64,000 nucleotides of DNA from the human T2T-CHM13v2.0 reference genome, Homo sapiens (GCA_009914755.4 CP086569.2:14336001-14400000); one strand, 5' to 3'. Counted from the stretch's first letter, positions 11,158 through 25,344 are shown. Program-made: numbers and translations. The notes: generated by a model not told the origin, from the sequence alone.

Positions 11158-13190
11158 AGATGTTACTCTCTGTTTTGCTTATATTAACTAATATGTCAAA
11201 CTTACAAAGGGGGCGGAAATACAATTGAGTTTTCTCTGTGCACCCACACTACTTGGGCAAGGAACACACAGGTTAAAACCTTTATATATCAAACCCTTTA
11301 TAAGCAAACAGGAGCTTCTCTAGGAATTTGTGTACATAACCAGACTACTTATTCAATGTGTGATCTTGGTGATAATCAGCCCTGTGTCTGCTATGACCCC
11401 AAACTTCTACCTGGAACTTGGTTCGACATTAGTGAAAGGTCTGAAAAAGGAACTCTTTAAAATTCAACCTGGATACCCTCCACCAATAAACACTGTGTGT
11501 ATCTGTATTTAGATGCCTGCCAGATTACAAGAACACTCCTTAAAACTGGCTGCTACATTCCTGACTCCAAAAGAAAGTTGACTGTAACCAGTCATATCCC
11601 ATACTGGATTAGTGATACTCCACAGTCTCAAGACATACATTTCTCCAGAAACCTCTCCATAGATTGGTATAACTATGACAATTGTGTAAGAGGAAATTCC
11701 TGTAGCCTCACTGAATTTCTTATTTCAAATCAGATTCACCTAATTGGGCAATAGGCACTGAAGTCCCAGAGGGATACAGTGATGAAGCCACAGAATAGGA
11801 GGCAGATCCTAAGCTAAAGAGATGAGGCATTAAATATTCCAGGGTGCAGGCTACCGACAGCACCATATATTTTTATATTATACCATTATATATTTTATAT
11901 TATTTTATTTTATATTATCAAAAAGACTCAAGCTCACAAACCTCAGCAATGATTTAAAATTTTCAAGTCATTCAGTGAAGAAATTAACCAAGTAGTTTCT
12001 GAGCCATCGTTTACCACTAAAAATCTGTCTGTGCAATTAGCTAAGAATATAGCAGGAAATCTAGGAGTTACCTCATGGTAACTGACATGGAGGATAGATG
12101 GCATTGGGAGGCAAAAGAATTGCTTCCCCAGGACAACTACACTTTAATTTTCTCTGCCACAAATGCTCCAGAATTAATCCCTACTGGCTCTAGCACTTGG
12201 CTTTTAAAGGCTTCTATTACAGGAAGACACTGCATACCTCGTTGGGGGACTACCTATACACACCCAGCAGGCAAATTAGCTTGTTTAGGGCAACAATACT
12301 ACAATGAAACTACAGGAAAAACTCCATGGCAAAGAGAAAATAAAAAGGGTAAAAACAGTTCAAGGCCATCTCATTTCATTCCATTTTCTAGGTTCCCTTC
12401 TTTAAATCACTCTTGGTATCAACTAGAAACACCAAACACATGGTAAGTGCCTGTAGGCCTCTACTGGATCTGTGGTCAGCAAGCCTACAGGCGGTTGCCA
12501 GAAAAACGGACAGGAGCTTGTGTATTAGGTGTTACTAAAACATCGTTCTTCCTGTTACCTTTAAAGCAAGGAGAAACTTTAGGGTATCCTATTTATGATG
12601 AGCCTAGAAGTAAAAACAAAGGAGCAGTAAAAGATATAGAAATAGGGGATTGGAAAGATACAGATTGCAGAGAGAATAATGAATTATTATGGCCCAGCCA
12701 CCTGGGTGCAAGATAGATCATGGGGATACTGTACTCCCATCTACATGATTAATCACATCATTAGGTTACAAGCAGTATTAAAAATTATAACTAAAGAAAC
12801 AACTAAAGCTTTAGATTTATTAGATGTACTATCTACACAGAATGAGAAATGCGGTTTATCAAAACAGACTGGCATTAGATTATCTGCTGGATTCAAAAGG
12901 GGTCTGTAGTAAATTTAACCTGATTAACTGTTATTTAGAAATTGATGACAACAGGTAGGCAGTTATGAAATCACTGCCAAACTGAGAAAGTTAGCTCTCG
13001 TTCCAGTACAAACCTGGAAAGGTTGGACCCCAGACTCTCTTGGTGGATGGTTTTCATCTTCTGGAGGATTCAAGACTCTCCTTGTAAGTGTAATACTTCC
13101 ATTAGGCAGCTGTCTAATACTCCCTTGTTTATTGCCTCTCCTGTTTAGGAAGATACAGTCCACTACACCACCCCCCAAATAATGGCACTA
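11158..13190 (+). pseudogene. env: ERV env (signal peptide, SU, TM), frameshifted
   Basis: MLLSVLLILTNMSNL… signal-like start; three overlapping ORFs 12075-12909 (…[14 protein letters not shown]…GACVLG…; TM …[30 protein letters not shown]… ISD-like) in different frames. Confidence 0.6.
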
Positions 13191-13824
13191 AGTATCAGCC
13201 ATTACCCAAAGAAATCTCATCTCATGAGAAGGTAGAGAATTATGAAACTAACATAGGTTTTCTCCAAAGTAGTTTCCTTTCCCATGCCTCACCCTCTTTA
13301 CGTTCTACACGGATTATAAAACACACATGTATAGGTATGGGATAGAAGAGCTAGGCTTTAAACATCATTTATAAAAATAACTTGCTGAAGTTTAATCTGA
13401 CTTCTACTTAGGCACAGGCAAATGATGCCACAGAAAATACTAAGTTCAGCTCCTGGCTGACTTACTCGTGCTTCTCTCTAGAGAAGACACCAAAAATCAT
13501 GCCCCCCAGGTAGGTGGCTGGTTAGTCAATGATGGGGAAGATTCCCTGAAAGATAGGAACAATCTAAGAAGACAGGCACAGCCACAGGGAGGACAGCAAA
13601 GGCTGAGAAAAATTAAGCCAGAGAGCCAGTGTGCTCCCACAAAGAAGAAAAGTGACGCTAAGAGCAGATACACCGGCAAAGTAACTCCCCATGCAAACAG
13701 ATGAATTGCCTTTTGACAGGCCTTTGACTCTGTCCTACCATCCTAGCTGCATGTGCATCATCAGGAACAGGTAAAAGCTTTCTAATAATAGTTTCTTTTA
13801 AAAGAAAGCTTTTAAGGGGGGGAA

Positions 13825-14326
13825 TGTGGAAAGAAAATAAAATAAAATAAACAATAAAGTTGAAAATAATAAACATAACGTAGGTAATAGTTAACATTAA
13901 GTACAGGTTACACATAGGCTAAGAAATTTAAGTAGCCCTTCCCGGCATTGCTAACAAGTTGCAGCTGCGGGCTTATCTCAACCTTCCAAGCTTATCGCCT
14001 GCCTCCAGACCCCCGCATATTTCTGTCATTCCTGTTTTCCCTTACCCCAGCTCTGTCCAGCTTCGAGGTTGACTGGTCAAGATAACTAAATTGTAAGCTT
14101 TCTCAGAATTGTCACAGGTTAAATAATTTACTGTCTTTGTCTGAAATGGGTATCCTGCCTTGTTTTCCCACCTCAAATGACATATAAGCAAGCCTGCATT
14201 CTTTGTCAGGGTTGGCAGCCATTTTGGGTGTGAGCCTGCTGTTGGCCCGGGTGCCCAAATTAAATAAAGTTCTCTTTGGTCTCCAAAGGTCTCTTTGTCT
14301 TTCTTGGCTGGAGTTTTACTGTGACA
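13825..14326 (+). repeat. ERV 3' LTR (502 bp)
   Basis: Starts TGTGGAAAG after PPT, ends …GTTTTACTGTGACA; ~9% divergent from the 5' LTR, with many CpG-transition differences. Confidence 0.8.
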
Positions 14327-15365
<1,039 letters not shown>

Positions 15366-15582
15366 ATTTGTACAAATAAAAAAAAGCATTAGTACTAATC
15401 CTTCACAAACTCTTTCCAAAAATTAGTCCACTTTCACTAAGGGACAGAACAATTAGGCAAAAGAGTAATGAAGGATACATTAAGACAACATTTTGAACCA
15501 ACTATACTTAACAAAAATCTATGTCACTTCACCAACAATAGCAGGATATACATTCTTCTCAAGCACACAAAAACAGCTCTTG

Positions 15583-15887
15583 GACCAGGAGCGGTGGCTC
15601 ACACCTGTAATCCCAGCACTTTGGGAGGCCAAGGCATGCAGATTACGAGGTCAGGAGATCAAGACAATCTTGGCCAACAGGGTACAACCCTGTCTCTACT
15701 AAAATACAAACAATTAGCTGGATGTGGTGGTGCACACCTGTATTCCCAGCTACTTGGAAGGCTGAGGCTGGAGAAGCCCTTGAACTCAGGAGGCAGAGAC
15801 TGCAGTGAGCCAAGATCCACCTCTGCTTTCCAGCCTGGCAACAGAGCAAGACTCTGCCTCAAAAAAAAAAAAAAAAAAGAAAAAAAC
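15583..15887 (+). mobile_element. Alu SINE with poly-A tail
   Basis: GGACCAGGAGCGGTGGCTCACACCTGTAATCCCAGCACTTTGGGAGGCCAAGG… … A27 tail. Confidence 0.9.
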
Positions 15888-15947
15888 CAGCTTTTGAACA
15901 GTCCCTATGATAAGCCATAAAACAAGGCTTAACAGTAAAGTTTTTAA

Positions 15948-15952
<5 letters not shown>

Positions 15953-15986
<34 letters not shown>
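15953..15986. repeat. (TA)17 microsatellite
   Basis: direct reading. Confidence 0.95.
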
Positions 15987-15990
<4 letters not shown>

Positions 15991-16319
15991 TAAAAAGTAT
16001 CTCTTGTGACCATGACAGAATATACTAAGTAATAAAACATGGAAAATTCACAAATTGTGGAAATTAAACACACATTTGTGAATTTGTGTGTCTCAATTTC
16101 CAGTGAGTCAAACAAATCAGTAAATACGTCATAAGAATTAAAGCTAAAATACATCTTCACAAAACTCATAGAAAGCAGCTACAACAATGCTCAGAGGGCA
16201 AATTACAGGTATAAATTCCATTGCTAAAAAGAAATAAATCCTACGAGTAAACTACTCTAAAAAAAAAAACAGCAAACTAAATGCAAAGCATGTTAAAAAA
16301 AAAACATAGATGAGTAAAA

Positions 16320-17040
16320 ATTTAATAAAGTATATTATCATCTGCAAACACAGATAGTTTGACTTCCTCTCTTCCTATTAGGATGCTCTTTATGTCCTTC
16401 TCTCCCCTGACTGGTCTGGCTAGAACTTCCAGTACTGTGTTATCAGTGGTGGTAACAGCAGGGCATCCTTCTTCTGGTTTTTTTCAAGGGAAATGGTTTT
16501 AGCTTTTGCCCATTTGATGTGATGCTGGCTACGAGTTTATCACAATGGCTGTTACTATTTTGAGGTAGATTCTGTCAATGACTCATTTGTTAAGGGTTTT
16601 TAACATGAAGGAATTTTGAATCTTATCAAAAATCATTTCTGTTATCTATTAGAAAGGAATTGTGGTATAAATATACACCATGGTATATACTATGCAGCCA
16701 TAAAAAGGAATGAGATTATGTCCTCTGCAGAAACATGGATGGAGCAGGAGGCCATTATTCTAAGTGAACTAATGCAGCAACAGAAAACCAAATACATATT
16801 ACTAACTTGTAAGTGGGAGCTAAACATTGAGTACATATGGCCACAAAGAAAAAAACAACAGACACCTGAGCCTACTTGAGGGTGGATGGTGGGAGAAGGA
16901 TCAAAAAACTACCTATCAGGTACTATGCATATTACTTGGGTGACAAAATAATCTCTACACCAAACCCCTATGACACTCAGCTTACCTATATAACAAACCT
17001 GCACATGTACCTGAGCCTGAAAGTTAAAAAATAAAAAAAA
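16320..17040. mobile_element. 5'-truncated L1 with twin-priming inversion: antisense ORF2 segment (16320-16600) abutting sense 3' end with A-tail (16600-17040)
   Basis: 16320-16600 is the reverse complement of an L1 ORF2 region (…TCATCTGCAAACACAGATAGTTTGACTTCCTCTCTTCC…CTGGCTAGAACTTCCAGTACTGTG…); 16620-17040 is sense (…GGTATATACTATGCAGCCATAAAAAGGAATGAGATTATGTCC…AACAAACCTGCACATGTACCTGAGCCTGAAAGTTAAAAAATAAAAAAAA). Confidence 0.65.
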
Positions 17041-17156
17041 CCCTAGAAATTAGTGTAAATTTGTTATTTCAACTGTAACAAAAGTACAATACTTATACAC
17101 TGACAACTAAAAAACATTTGATACAAATGTTAAAAGTTCCAAATAAATAACAAGAG

Positions 17157-17256
17157 GGCTGGGTATAGTGGCTCACTCCTATAACCTAGTTTGGAAGGTC
17201 AAGGAGGGTGGATTGCTTGAGCCCAGAAGTTCAAGAACAGCCTGGGTAACAGTGTG
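17157..17256 (+). mobile_element. Alu-monomer-like fragment (FLAM/FRAM-type)
   Basis: GGGTATAGTGGCTCACTCCTATAACC…GGAGGGTGGATTGCTTGAGCCCAGAAGTTCAAGAACAGCCTGGGTAACAG. Confidence 0.6.

Positions 17257-17330
<74 letters not shown>
17257..17330. repeat. Compound tetranucleotide STR (AGAT)12(AGAC)6 [= (TCTG)6(TCTA)12 on the minus strand]
   Basis: direct reading, perfect repeats. Confidence 0.95.
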
Positions 17331-17664
17331 GATGTCATTTGTTTATATCATTTAATTATAAGTGTTCATGGGCTGTACCATATAATACTGTTAAGATGAC
17401 ACTACTCTTAAATTTGAACTGCATATCATAATCCCTGGTGGCTTTTGGCGCAAACACAAAACTGATCCTGTGGAAAATACAAGGTACCTAGAGGAGCCAA
17501 AATAACTTTGCAAAAAAGGAACCAAGGTGAAAAAAATCATACTAACCAGTCTCAAAACTTACTACAAAGTTACACTAATTAAAATATGGTAGCACTACAA
17601 CGACAGACATATATCTAAACTAGAACTTGAGTCCAGAAAAAACTAAAAAAAAATTTTTTTTTTA

Positions 17665-17952
17665 AATTATTGCACTTTAAGTTCTGGGATACATGTGCAG
17701 AAGGTGCAGGTCTCTTACACAGGTATACATGTGCCATGGTGGATTGCTGCACCCATCAACCCATCATCTACATTAGGTATTTCTCCTAATGGTATCCTTC
17801 ACCTACCCAACCCCTGCCAATTCCCTGACAGACCCCAGTATGTGATGTTCCCCTCCCTGTGTCCATTTGTTCTCGTTGTTCAACTACCATTTATGAGTGA
17901 GAACATGTGGTGTTTGGTTTTCTCTTCTTGTGTTAGCTTGCCGAGAATGATG
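17665..17952 (-). mobile_element. L1PA-type 3' end fragment (antisense)
   Basis: Poly-T then …TTAAGTTCTGGGATACATGTGCAGAAGGTGCAGGT…ATTGCTGCACCCATCAACCCATCATCTACATTAGGTATTTCTCCTAATG…TTTATGAGTGAGAACATGTGGTGTTTGGTTTTC…. Confidence 0.8.
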
Positions 17953-18649
17953 AAAACCTTTAACATTTATGGTAAGTCTGAGGAACTGTCAGAGCCAAAA
18001 GGAGCCTAAAAGAAAGACATGAGAAGTAATAATGCTATATTCAGGATGGGATCCAAAACAAAAAAAAATTAGGTAAAAACTCCAGAAATCTGAATAAAGA
18101 ATGAACTTTACTTAATGCTAATTCATCAATATTGCATAATAAACTTTAACAACACATGTACCAGATTAATATAAGATGTTATCAATAGGGGATTATGTAT
18201 AGACACACTGTGGTATCTTTGAAATAATCTTGCAAAGCTAGAACTGTCAATAAAAAATAAAGTTTACTTTGAAAAAATGAAGATAATGATTAAAAGTGAT
18301 GAAAAACATCGACTAATATGTCTTAAAAAGCTTGGTTAAATTCTGAGCAGAAAAAGTACAAGGAGATCAGAAAATGGTGGAATAGAAAGTCCTCTGTTCA
18401 CATACCCCATAGCAGCAATAACTTGGCAATGATTCACAAGCGAAAGTGGCTTTGTGGGAGCTTTGAATTACAGGTAGAAGACAGCAAAACTCTGAGACTA
18501 AGAACTGTTTTGCAAAAGCAGGCCCGTGCCCAGGTGGCAGTTTTGCCAACAAGGTCCCCAGCTATAGTCCTATCACCCTGTAGCCTCAGTCATAACAACA
18601 CTGAATAGCAACGATCCAGACACTATACCAAGGGACACAGATGCCACAC

Positions 18650-19150
18650 CATGCCTTGGGTAATGTACTGTAGTTTTATTTTCTTTTATTATATACCTAC
18701 AAGTGGAATTGTTTGACAAGATAGTAACTTTGTGAAAAGCTGCTAGGTTGTTTTCTAGAGTGGTTGCATCATTTTACATTCCCATGTCAACATTTAAAGA
18801 TCTGTTTCTCTATATCCTAGCCAACACTTGCTGTCTTTTAAAAAATTTTTATAATCCTAGAAAATATGAAGTGGTCTGCAGTTTCGATTCTCATTGTATT
18901 CATGACTAATGTTTGAACAGCTTTTTGTTTATTGGCCATTTGTAAATGTTTATTTTTGAACAAATGTCTATTCTGATTATTTTTCTTCTGTTATTTCTTG
19001 AGTTGCAAGAGTTTTAAAATATATATGTCTGGTTATTTGATCCTTACATGATTTGCAGATGTTTTCTTATTCTTTTGAGTTGTCTTTTCAGTTTTGATAG
19101 CATTCTTTGAAGCACCATAGATTTAAGTTTTGATGGATTCCATCAAAATT
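18650..19150 (-). mobile_element. Ancient L1 (L1M-type) ORF2 3' fragment, antisense
   Basis: …CATCATTTTACATTCCCATGTCAACATTT…TATTGGCCATTTGTAAATGTTTATTTTTGAACAAATGTCTATTC… matches mammalian-wide L1 antisense consensus (…CACCATTTTACATTCCCACCAGCAATG…TATTGGCCATTTGTATATCTTCTTTGGAGAAATGTCTATTCA…). Confidence 0.55.
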
Positions 19151-19705
19151 CGTCCAGAATACACAAATATATAGAAACAGAAATGAAATTAATGACTGCT
19201 TAGTGCCACGTTAATGGAGGGAAACAGAAGGGTACAGTGTTTTATTTTAATATCATGAAAATGTTTCAAAATTAATTGTGATGGTTGGACAACTCTATGA
19301 ATACATTAACAATTACTGAATTGTACACTTTAAATGAGTGAATTCTAAGCTATATATGTATTATACGTCCATAATGTTTTACCAAAAAATAATAAATCAA
19401 AATAAATGCTTATCAATATATGTTTTGGAACTAAGTAGATTTCATTTTTAATTACATTTCTTTCCCACTCAAGTAATTCATGAAAGCCAGAAATAATTTT
19501 ATTTATATTAGGAATCAACACATGGCCTTTCAAAGTCTGTGACTAAAACAGGACTTTCCCTTTATCCACATTGTACTATCTATGGCTAATCCTCATAGCA
19601 GTTACAACTAACAGTAGTATCATACATCCTATGACAAGATAAATGTATTTTGAGTATGATCTGCCATAAAGGAAATAAAAACTGGCATTGAAAATTTGTA
19701 CCAAC

Positions 19706-19755
19706 CTTCCAGTAGTCAGCCTGTAAACTGTAATATCTCTGATATGCAGATAATG
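19706..19755 (-). CDS. UTY: UTY coding exon 4 (50 nt; …ALSAYQRYYSLQADYWK)
   Basis: Minus strand ttttttcttttccag|CATTATCTGCATATCAGAGATATTACAGTTTACAGGCTGACTACTGGAAG|gttggt; continues the reading frame from exon 3 (phase 1); matches the UTY/KDM6A TPR-region sequence, with UTY-specific QADYWK. Confidence 0.75.
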
Positions 19756-21231
19756 CTGGAAAAGAAAAAATAATTATTAGCCAAATCATATCCCATTTAA
19801 AAATCCACTGTAAGACATTAAATTGATATTTTAATATAAGCTGCCAAACATGCCCATCTGTTAACAAACAATAAAAATGAAATAACCTAAATTTTATGGC
19901 TTACTAATTTAATCAGGTATATAAAACCATGATCGAATCTCACCCATGTACTCAAACCAACATAGTATCTTAGCAATTACTTGAATCAATTTGACCTCCT
20001 TCAGGGACCAAAAGTAATGGCAATCTTCTAGAGGTATTCCCTACTATGATAAAGTTTTCTAATTTTTCTTAACATGCAATTCACTTTCTAGAAAGATAAA
20101 AATTCAGTCACCTAAGGCACAAAATAACTTTGTGATGCTTCCCTTTGCACAATCAGTAGACTACTATTATCTATAGTTTAATTCCAAGTTAGGATGCCTT
20201 ATGCCCTAAAACCTATCTAAAAGCAAAAAGAGTACTCAAATCATATAAAGTAGTTGTTCCTGACAGCCTAAAAAAAGGCACATAAAATAAAACCACAAAA
20301 TAAAAACATAAAAAAGAAGTCGTATAAGCACATTAGAATTAGTGGAAACATTAATAATGACAAAACTAGGAAAACTCATCACTTTATCCAATCAACTCAG
20401 AATCTCTGAAAAACAGCTAAGCAATGATTATATTCCTGGGGATAGGCTTTCAGGATAAATTATAGCACTGAATATCACCCAAAGTCAAAAATAAATTGAA
20501 AAAAATGAAAAAAAATTAACTGAAAATAGCAGAATGCCAAAAGTGGCAGATTGAACATATTGTTATATGCGGAGGATTCTGTCTTGAACAATCATTTTTA
20601 GAAATTTCAGAGATTTTTACAATAAAAATGTAAACGTTAGCTGAAATGCTTCCACTGAATTTAGCTACAAAAAGTTAAGGTGTGGGGGTAAGCCTATTGA
20701 GGAAATCTTGCTTTTTTCAAACAATCATAAAAATGACAAGACAGAATTTTAAAAGAACCAAATTTAATGCTCAACAGACAGTAGCATATATAAGAATCAT
20801 CTCACGATATAGGCTACATTTCTATAACTAAAATATTTACTTTCAAAACGAAAAAGTGTAAAGGAGTGACATCCAAAAAAGTAGCCTGAAAAGATCCATA
20901 GACACTTTCTCAAGAAAAGCAGACTTAAAGTCTCTCTATAGCTGTCTTAAGGGTACTATTCAAATGGAGAAAATTTTACTAAGAAAATAAACTAAGTTCT
21001 CAGCAAAAAACAGTGAAAATCTATCGTATTGTAGCCTGAACTAATTCTTTCTGACACCATTCCTACTGTACCCCAGCTCAGTAAGATAGGACCACTAGAC
21101 CCACCAAAATGAAGTGTTCTTTCTTGCACAAGCTCCTGTTTTAGGGCTAGGCTAACACCTCAACAGATGTAGGCTACCAACATTTCCCCTACTCAGCTCA
21201 GTATTGCAGAAACTATATTAAAAACAAGCAT

Positions 21232-21592
<361 letters not shown>

Positions 21593-22775
21593 CTAATCCA
21601 GTTGCAACAGACCACGAAAGTACTGATGCCCAACAGCCCTTGACCCAAATAACTCTGGGTAGACTCCATGTAAGAGAGGCAAGCAGACTAAAGACTATAG
21701 CTCCTGCCCAGTACCTGCTCCTAAAACACAGGGATCATTTCAAGAATAGTGGCCATTATCTCAGGCTCCAGCCCTTGAAGAGCAAAGGTTCAACTCTAGT
21801 GGAAAAAATAGTCTTAAGATCATGGAATGCAGTAATTGCTCTTCTAGTGTGAATTTATACAGAAAGCATTTGGGGTTGTTCAAACCCATAGAAAACATGT
21901 AGATTTTTACAGTTAAGTGTCTAGTAGCTCCAAAATAGCAAGTATCTAAACTGCAGACTGGCTAGAAGTTTTACAGAGAGAAACGGAGAGAAAGAATCTC
22001 CTGGGTTAGTAAAGTCCTGGAAGATAGACCTCAAAAAGCGTTGCGCAAATGAGTAATGCAGGATACCCTTCAGCATAAACACTACAAGTAACAACTGTCA
22101 GAAAAAAAAAGAACGGAAAAAGGAACAGAAAGCCTGAGGAATACCATAGTGGTAAATTCCCACCAATTTACAGGTTATGTTTTTCCCTTTCATCCTACAT
22201 TTGAAACTGAAGAAGCCACCATTCCAGAAGCATCAAAAAGAATGAAGGAGGGCAGGGTGGTACTAATCTCCCTAATCAAAGGAAAATGGCAATCCAGCAG
22301 GACAGAAAACTTAGAACGGGATCTGTGTACTGTAAACAGTACAGAAAAAAGTTCCCTCAAACCACCTACTCTACACAAAGGCCAAGTAGAAAGCACAGAC
22401 ATCTATCATATATCAGGCTACCTATTGCATTAATGTGAGAGGAAGCCAAGTAGGGAGCAAGAAAAGAATTTATCTGATGGCTGGTAGTGAGGCTTACATG
22501 TCCTCTGATGAAGGTAGCCTAGATTTCACACTCACGTGGCAGAAACAAGCTGTCTGCACGTTAGTGGAGTGAGAGCACCCCAGTGGAAGTCAGGATTTTA
22601 ACCACTGGCCAGTAATAAGGAAGACTGGAATAATAATGGAAACCATGTGGGAAGCCAAAATTCTCATTTCAGTTCAACATTAGCAAAAAGCCTAACTCAG
22701 TAATCTGAACTTTAACATTCACCTAGCAGTAAGAGACAGCAATACCGTTTACTGTAGATTAACGTAAGATCCACC

Positions 22776-23052
22776 AGCCAGGTGCAGTGGCTCATACCTG
22801 TAATCCCAGTACTTTTGGGGGCCGAGGTGGGTGGATCACTTAAGGTCAGGGGTTCCAGACCAGCCTGGCCTATTAGCATAGGGAAACTCCATCTCTACTA
22901 AAACTACAAAAATTAGTGAGGTATGGTGGCACATACCTGTAGTTTCAGCTACTTGAGAGGCTGAGGCATGAGAATCACTTGAACCCATGAGGCGGACGCT
23001 GCAGTGAGCTGAGATAGCACTACTGCTGGGCAACAGAGTGAGACTCTGTCTG
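22776..23052 (+). mobile_element. Alu SINE (older)
   Basis: CCAGGTGCAGTGGCTCATACCTGTAATCCCAGTACTTTTGGGGGCCGAGGTGGG… …GGCAACAGAGTGAGACTCTGTCTGA. Confidence 0.85.
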
Positions 23053-24629
23053 ACAGCGTTAACATAAAAACTTCCAAGATCCAGTCAAAAATCATTCACC
23101 ATATCAAAAAAAAGAAGTATACCACAATGAATGAAAAAGATGGGAGAAATGTTTGAATATATGATAAAAATTTTTAAACTGGAATAAAAGTGCTTCAAAG
23201 AACAATGAAAAAAGGAAAAATTGAAAGTCACAGTAAAGAAACAGAAGCTATAAAAGGCAAACCAATGTAAACTTTAGAACTTATAAATGAAATACTCAAA
23301 ATAAAGAGCTCAGCTCATAGCCTTGGTGGCACAATGCACACAGAAACATCATTAAACTAGAATACAGAAAGATAAAAAACTATTCAATCCAAACTAACAA
23401 GAAAAAATAAACTAAGGCAAGAGAAAGAATGGAGGCTCAGGGATTAGTAGGTTATTAACCAGAGATCTAAGTGTCATCACACTCCACAAGGAATGAAGAA
23501 AGAACCAGACGTAAATGTACTTAAAAGATAGGTATGAAATTTATCCAAATGTGAGTGAAAAAGAGATGTGGATGCTAGCCACAACAAAGCCCCTACATCC
23601 TTCAAGGGTCCTCAGACTAACGGGACTTCCTGGAGATCAAGCAAAGGCATTGCTCCAGAGAGAGAGGTCACTTTCGGACCAGTGCACTGCTAGAGCACTA
23701 AGCAATGGCAAGTAGCTAAAACAATTGTGAAGAGCAATAAACTCCGATGACTCACACTTCCCAGTATCAAAACTTCCTACAAAGCTATTATAATCAAAAC
23801 AGTACAGCTAACATAAGGATAGAAATAGAGACCAATGGTAGAATAGAGCTGAGAACCTGAAAATAATCTTTACATATATGATCAATTGATTTTTTCACAG
23901 AATGCCTAGTTCACTCTTGAAAGGGCAGTTCAATTTTCTCATGCAAAAGAATGAGGCTGGTCCCCCAACTCACATAATATACTAAATGTAATTAATTCTT
24001 TATTAAATATAAGAAGTAAAACCAAAGAAATCTGAAAGAAAATATAAAGATTCTTCATGTTCATGAACACAGCAACAGAGAGGACACCAAAAGCATGAGC
24101 AACTAAAGATGAACTGAACTTGATCTAAATTAGAAACTTCTGTGCAAAGCACATTGTTAATAAAATGAAACAAAAACCTATACGATGGGGGAAAATATTT
24201 GCAAATCATATGTTTAATCAAACTTTATTTTCGAGAATATACAAAAAACTCCTAAAACTCAGTAACAAAAAGACAAGTAGCTCAACTAAAAAAATACATA
24301 AAGAATCCGAACAGATATTTCTCCAAAGATACATAAATGGCCTATGAACACCTGAAAAGATACTCAACATTGTTAGTCATTAGGGAAATAATGCAAATCA
24401 AAACCTCTATGAGACTATCACTTCACACTGTAATAGTTACAATGGGAGGTGTGGGGAAATAGTAAAAAACAAGTGTTGGCAAAAAACTGGAAGTCTCCTC
24501 CTTCAATGGCAAGATAGTAATAATGGGTACAGCATCTGTGGAAAACAGGTTTTCTTAAAAAAAATTACTGCTTTTTCAGTAATAAAAATAGCAATTTCAC
24601 TCCCAGCTAACTTGTCAGAAGAATTGAAC

Positions 24630-24950
24630 GCCGGGTGCAGTGGCTCATGCCTGTAATCCCAACACTTTGGGAGGCCGAGGCGGCTGGATCACCTGAGGTC
24701 AGGAGTTCGAGACCAGCCTGGCCAACATGGCGAAACCCTGTCTCTACCAAAAAAAAAAAAAAAATAGAAAAATAAAATAAAAAAAGGCAAAAATTGGCTG
24801 GGTGTGCTGGCACGTGCCCATAATCCCAGCTACTCAGGAGGCTGAGGCAAGAGAATTGCTTGAACCTGGGAGGCAAAGGCTGCTGTGAGCCAAGATCACG
24901 TCACTGCACTCCAGCCTAGGTAACAACTACAACAACAACAAAAAACAACT
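24630..24950 (+). mobile_element. Alu SINE with A-rich/(AAC)n tail
   Basis: GCCGGGTGCAGTGGCTCATGCCTGTAATCCCAACACTTTGGGAGGCCGAGGCGG…. Confidence 0.85.
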
Positions 24951-25344
24951 AAAAGTGGGACTCAAACAGATGTCTGTATACTAATTTTCATAGCATATTC
25001 CCAACAGCCAAAAGATAGGAAAAAAAACCAAAGCATTCATCCAAGATGAACAGTAAACTGTGGCATACACATACAATAAAATATTATTCAGTAATAAAAA
25101 GGAACATAGTAGTAATACATGCTGCAATATAAATGAACCCTGAAAACATTTTGCTGAGTAAAAACAGCTGACATATACAATATGATATCATTTATATATC
25201 AATAACAGGCAATCCACAGAGACAGAAGATAGGCTAGTGACTGCAAGGACCTAACTGAAGAAAGGAAGAAAGAGGAGTGACCACTAAAATAACATTTCAA
25301 TGAAAGAAATATACACATTGTAAACTCGTTGAAGAAAATAAACA

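Larger units (their letters stand above)
5870..14326 (+). mobile_element. Endogenous retrovirus provirus, gammaretrovirus-like (class I HERV), LTR-gag-pol-env-LTR, degenerate
   Basis: Two ~505-bp direct repeats, TG…CA, ~91% identical, at 5870-6377 and 13825-14326. Between them: gag MA/CA, RT thumb/connection, RNase H, IN and env SU/TM homologies in order on the + strand. Polypurine tract AAAGAAAGCTTTTAAGGGGGGGAA precedes the 3' LTR. Confidence 0.85.
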
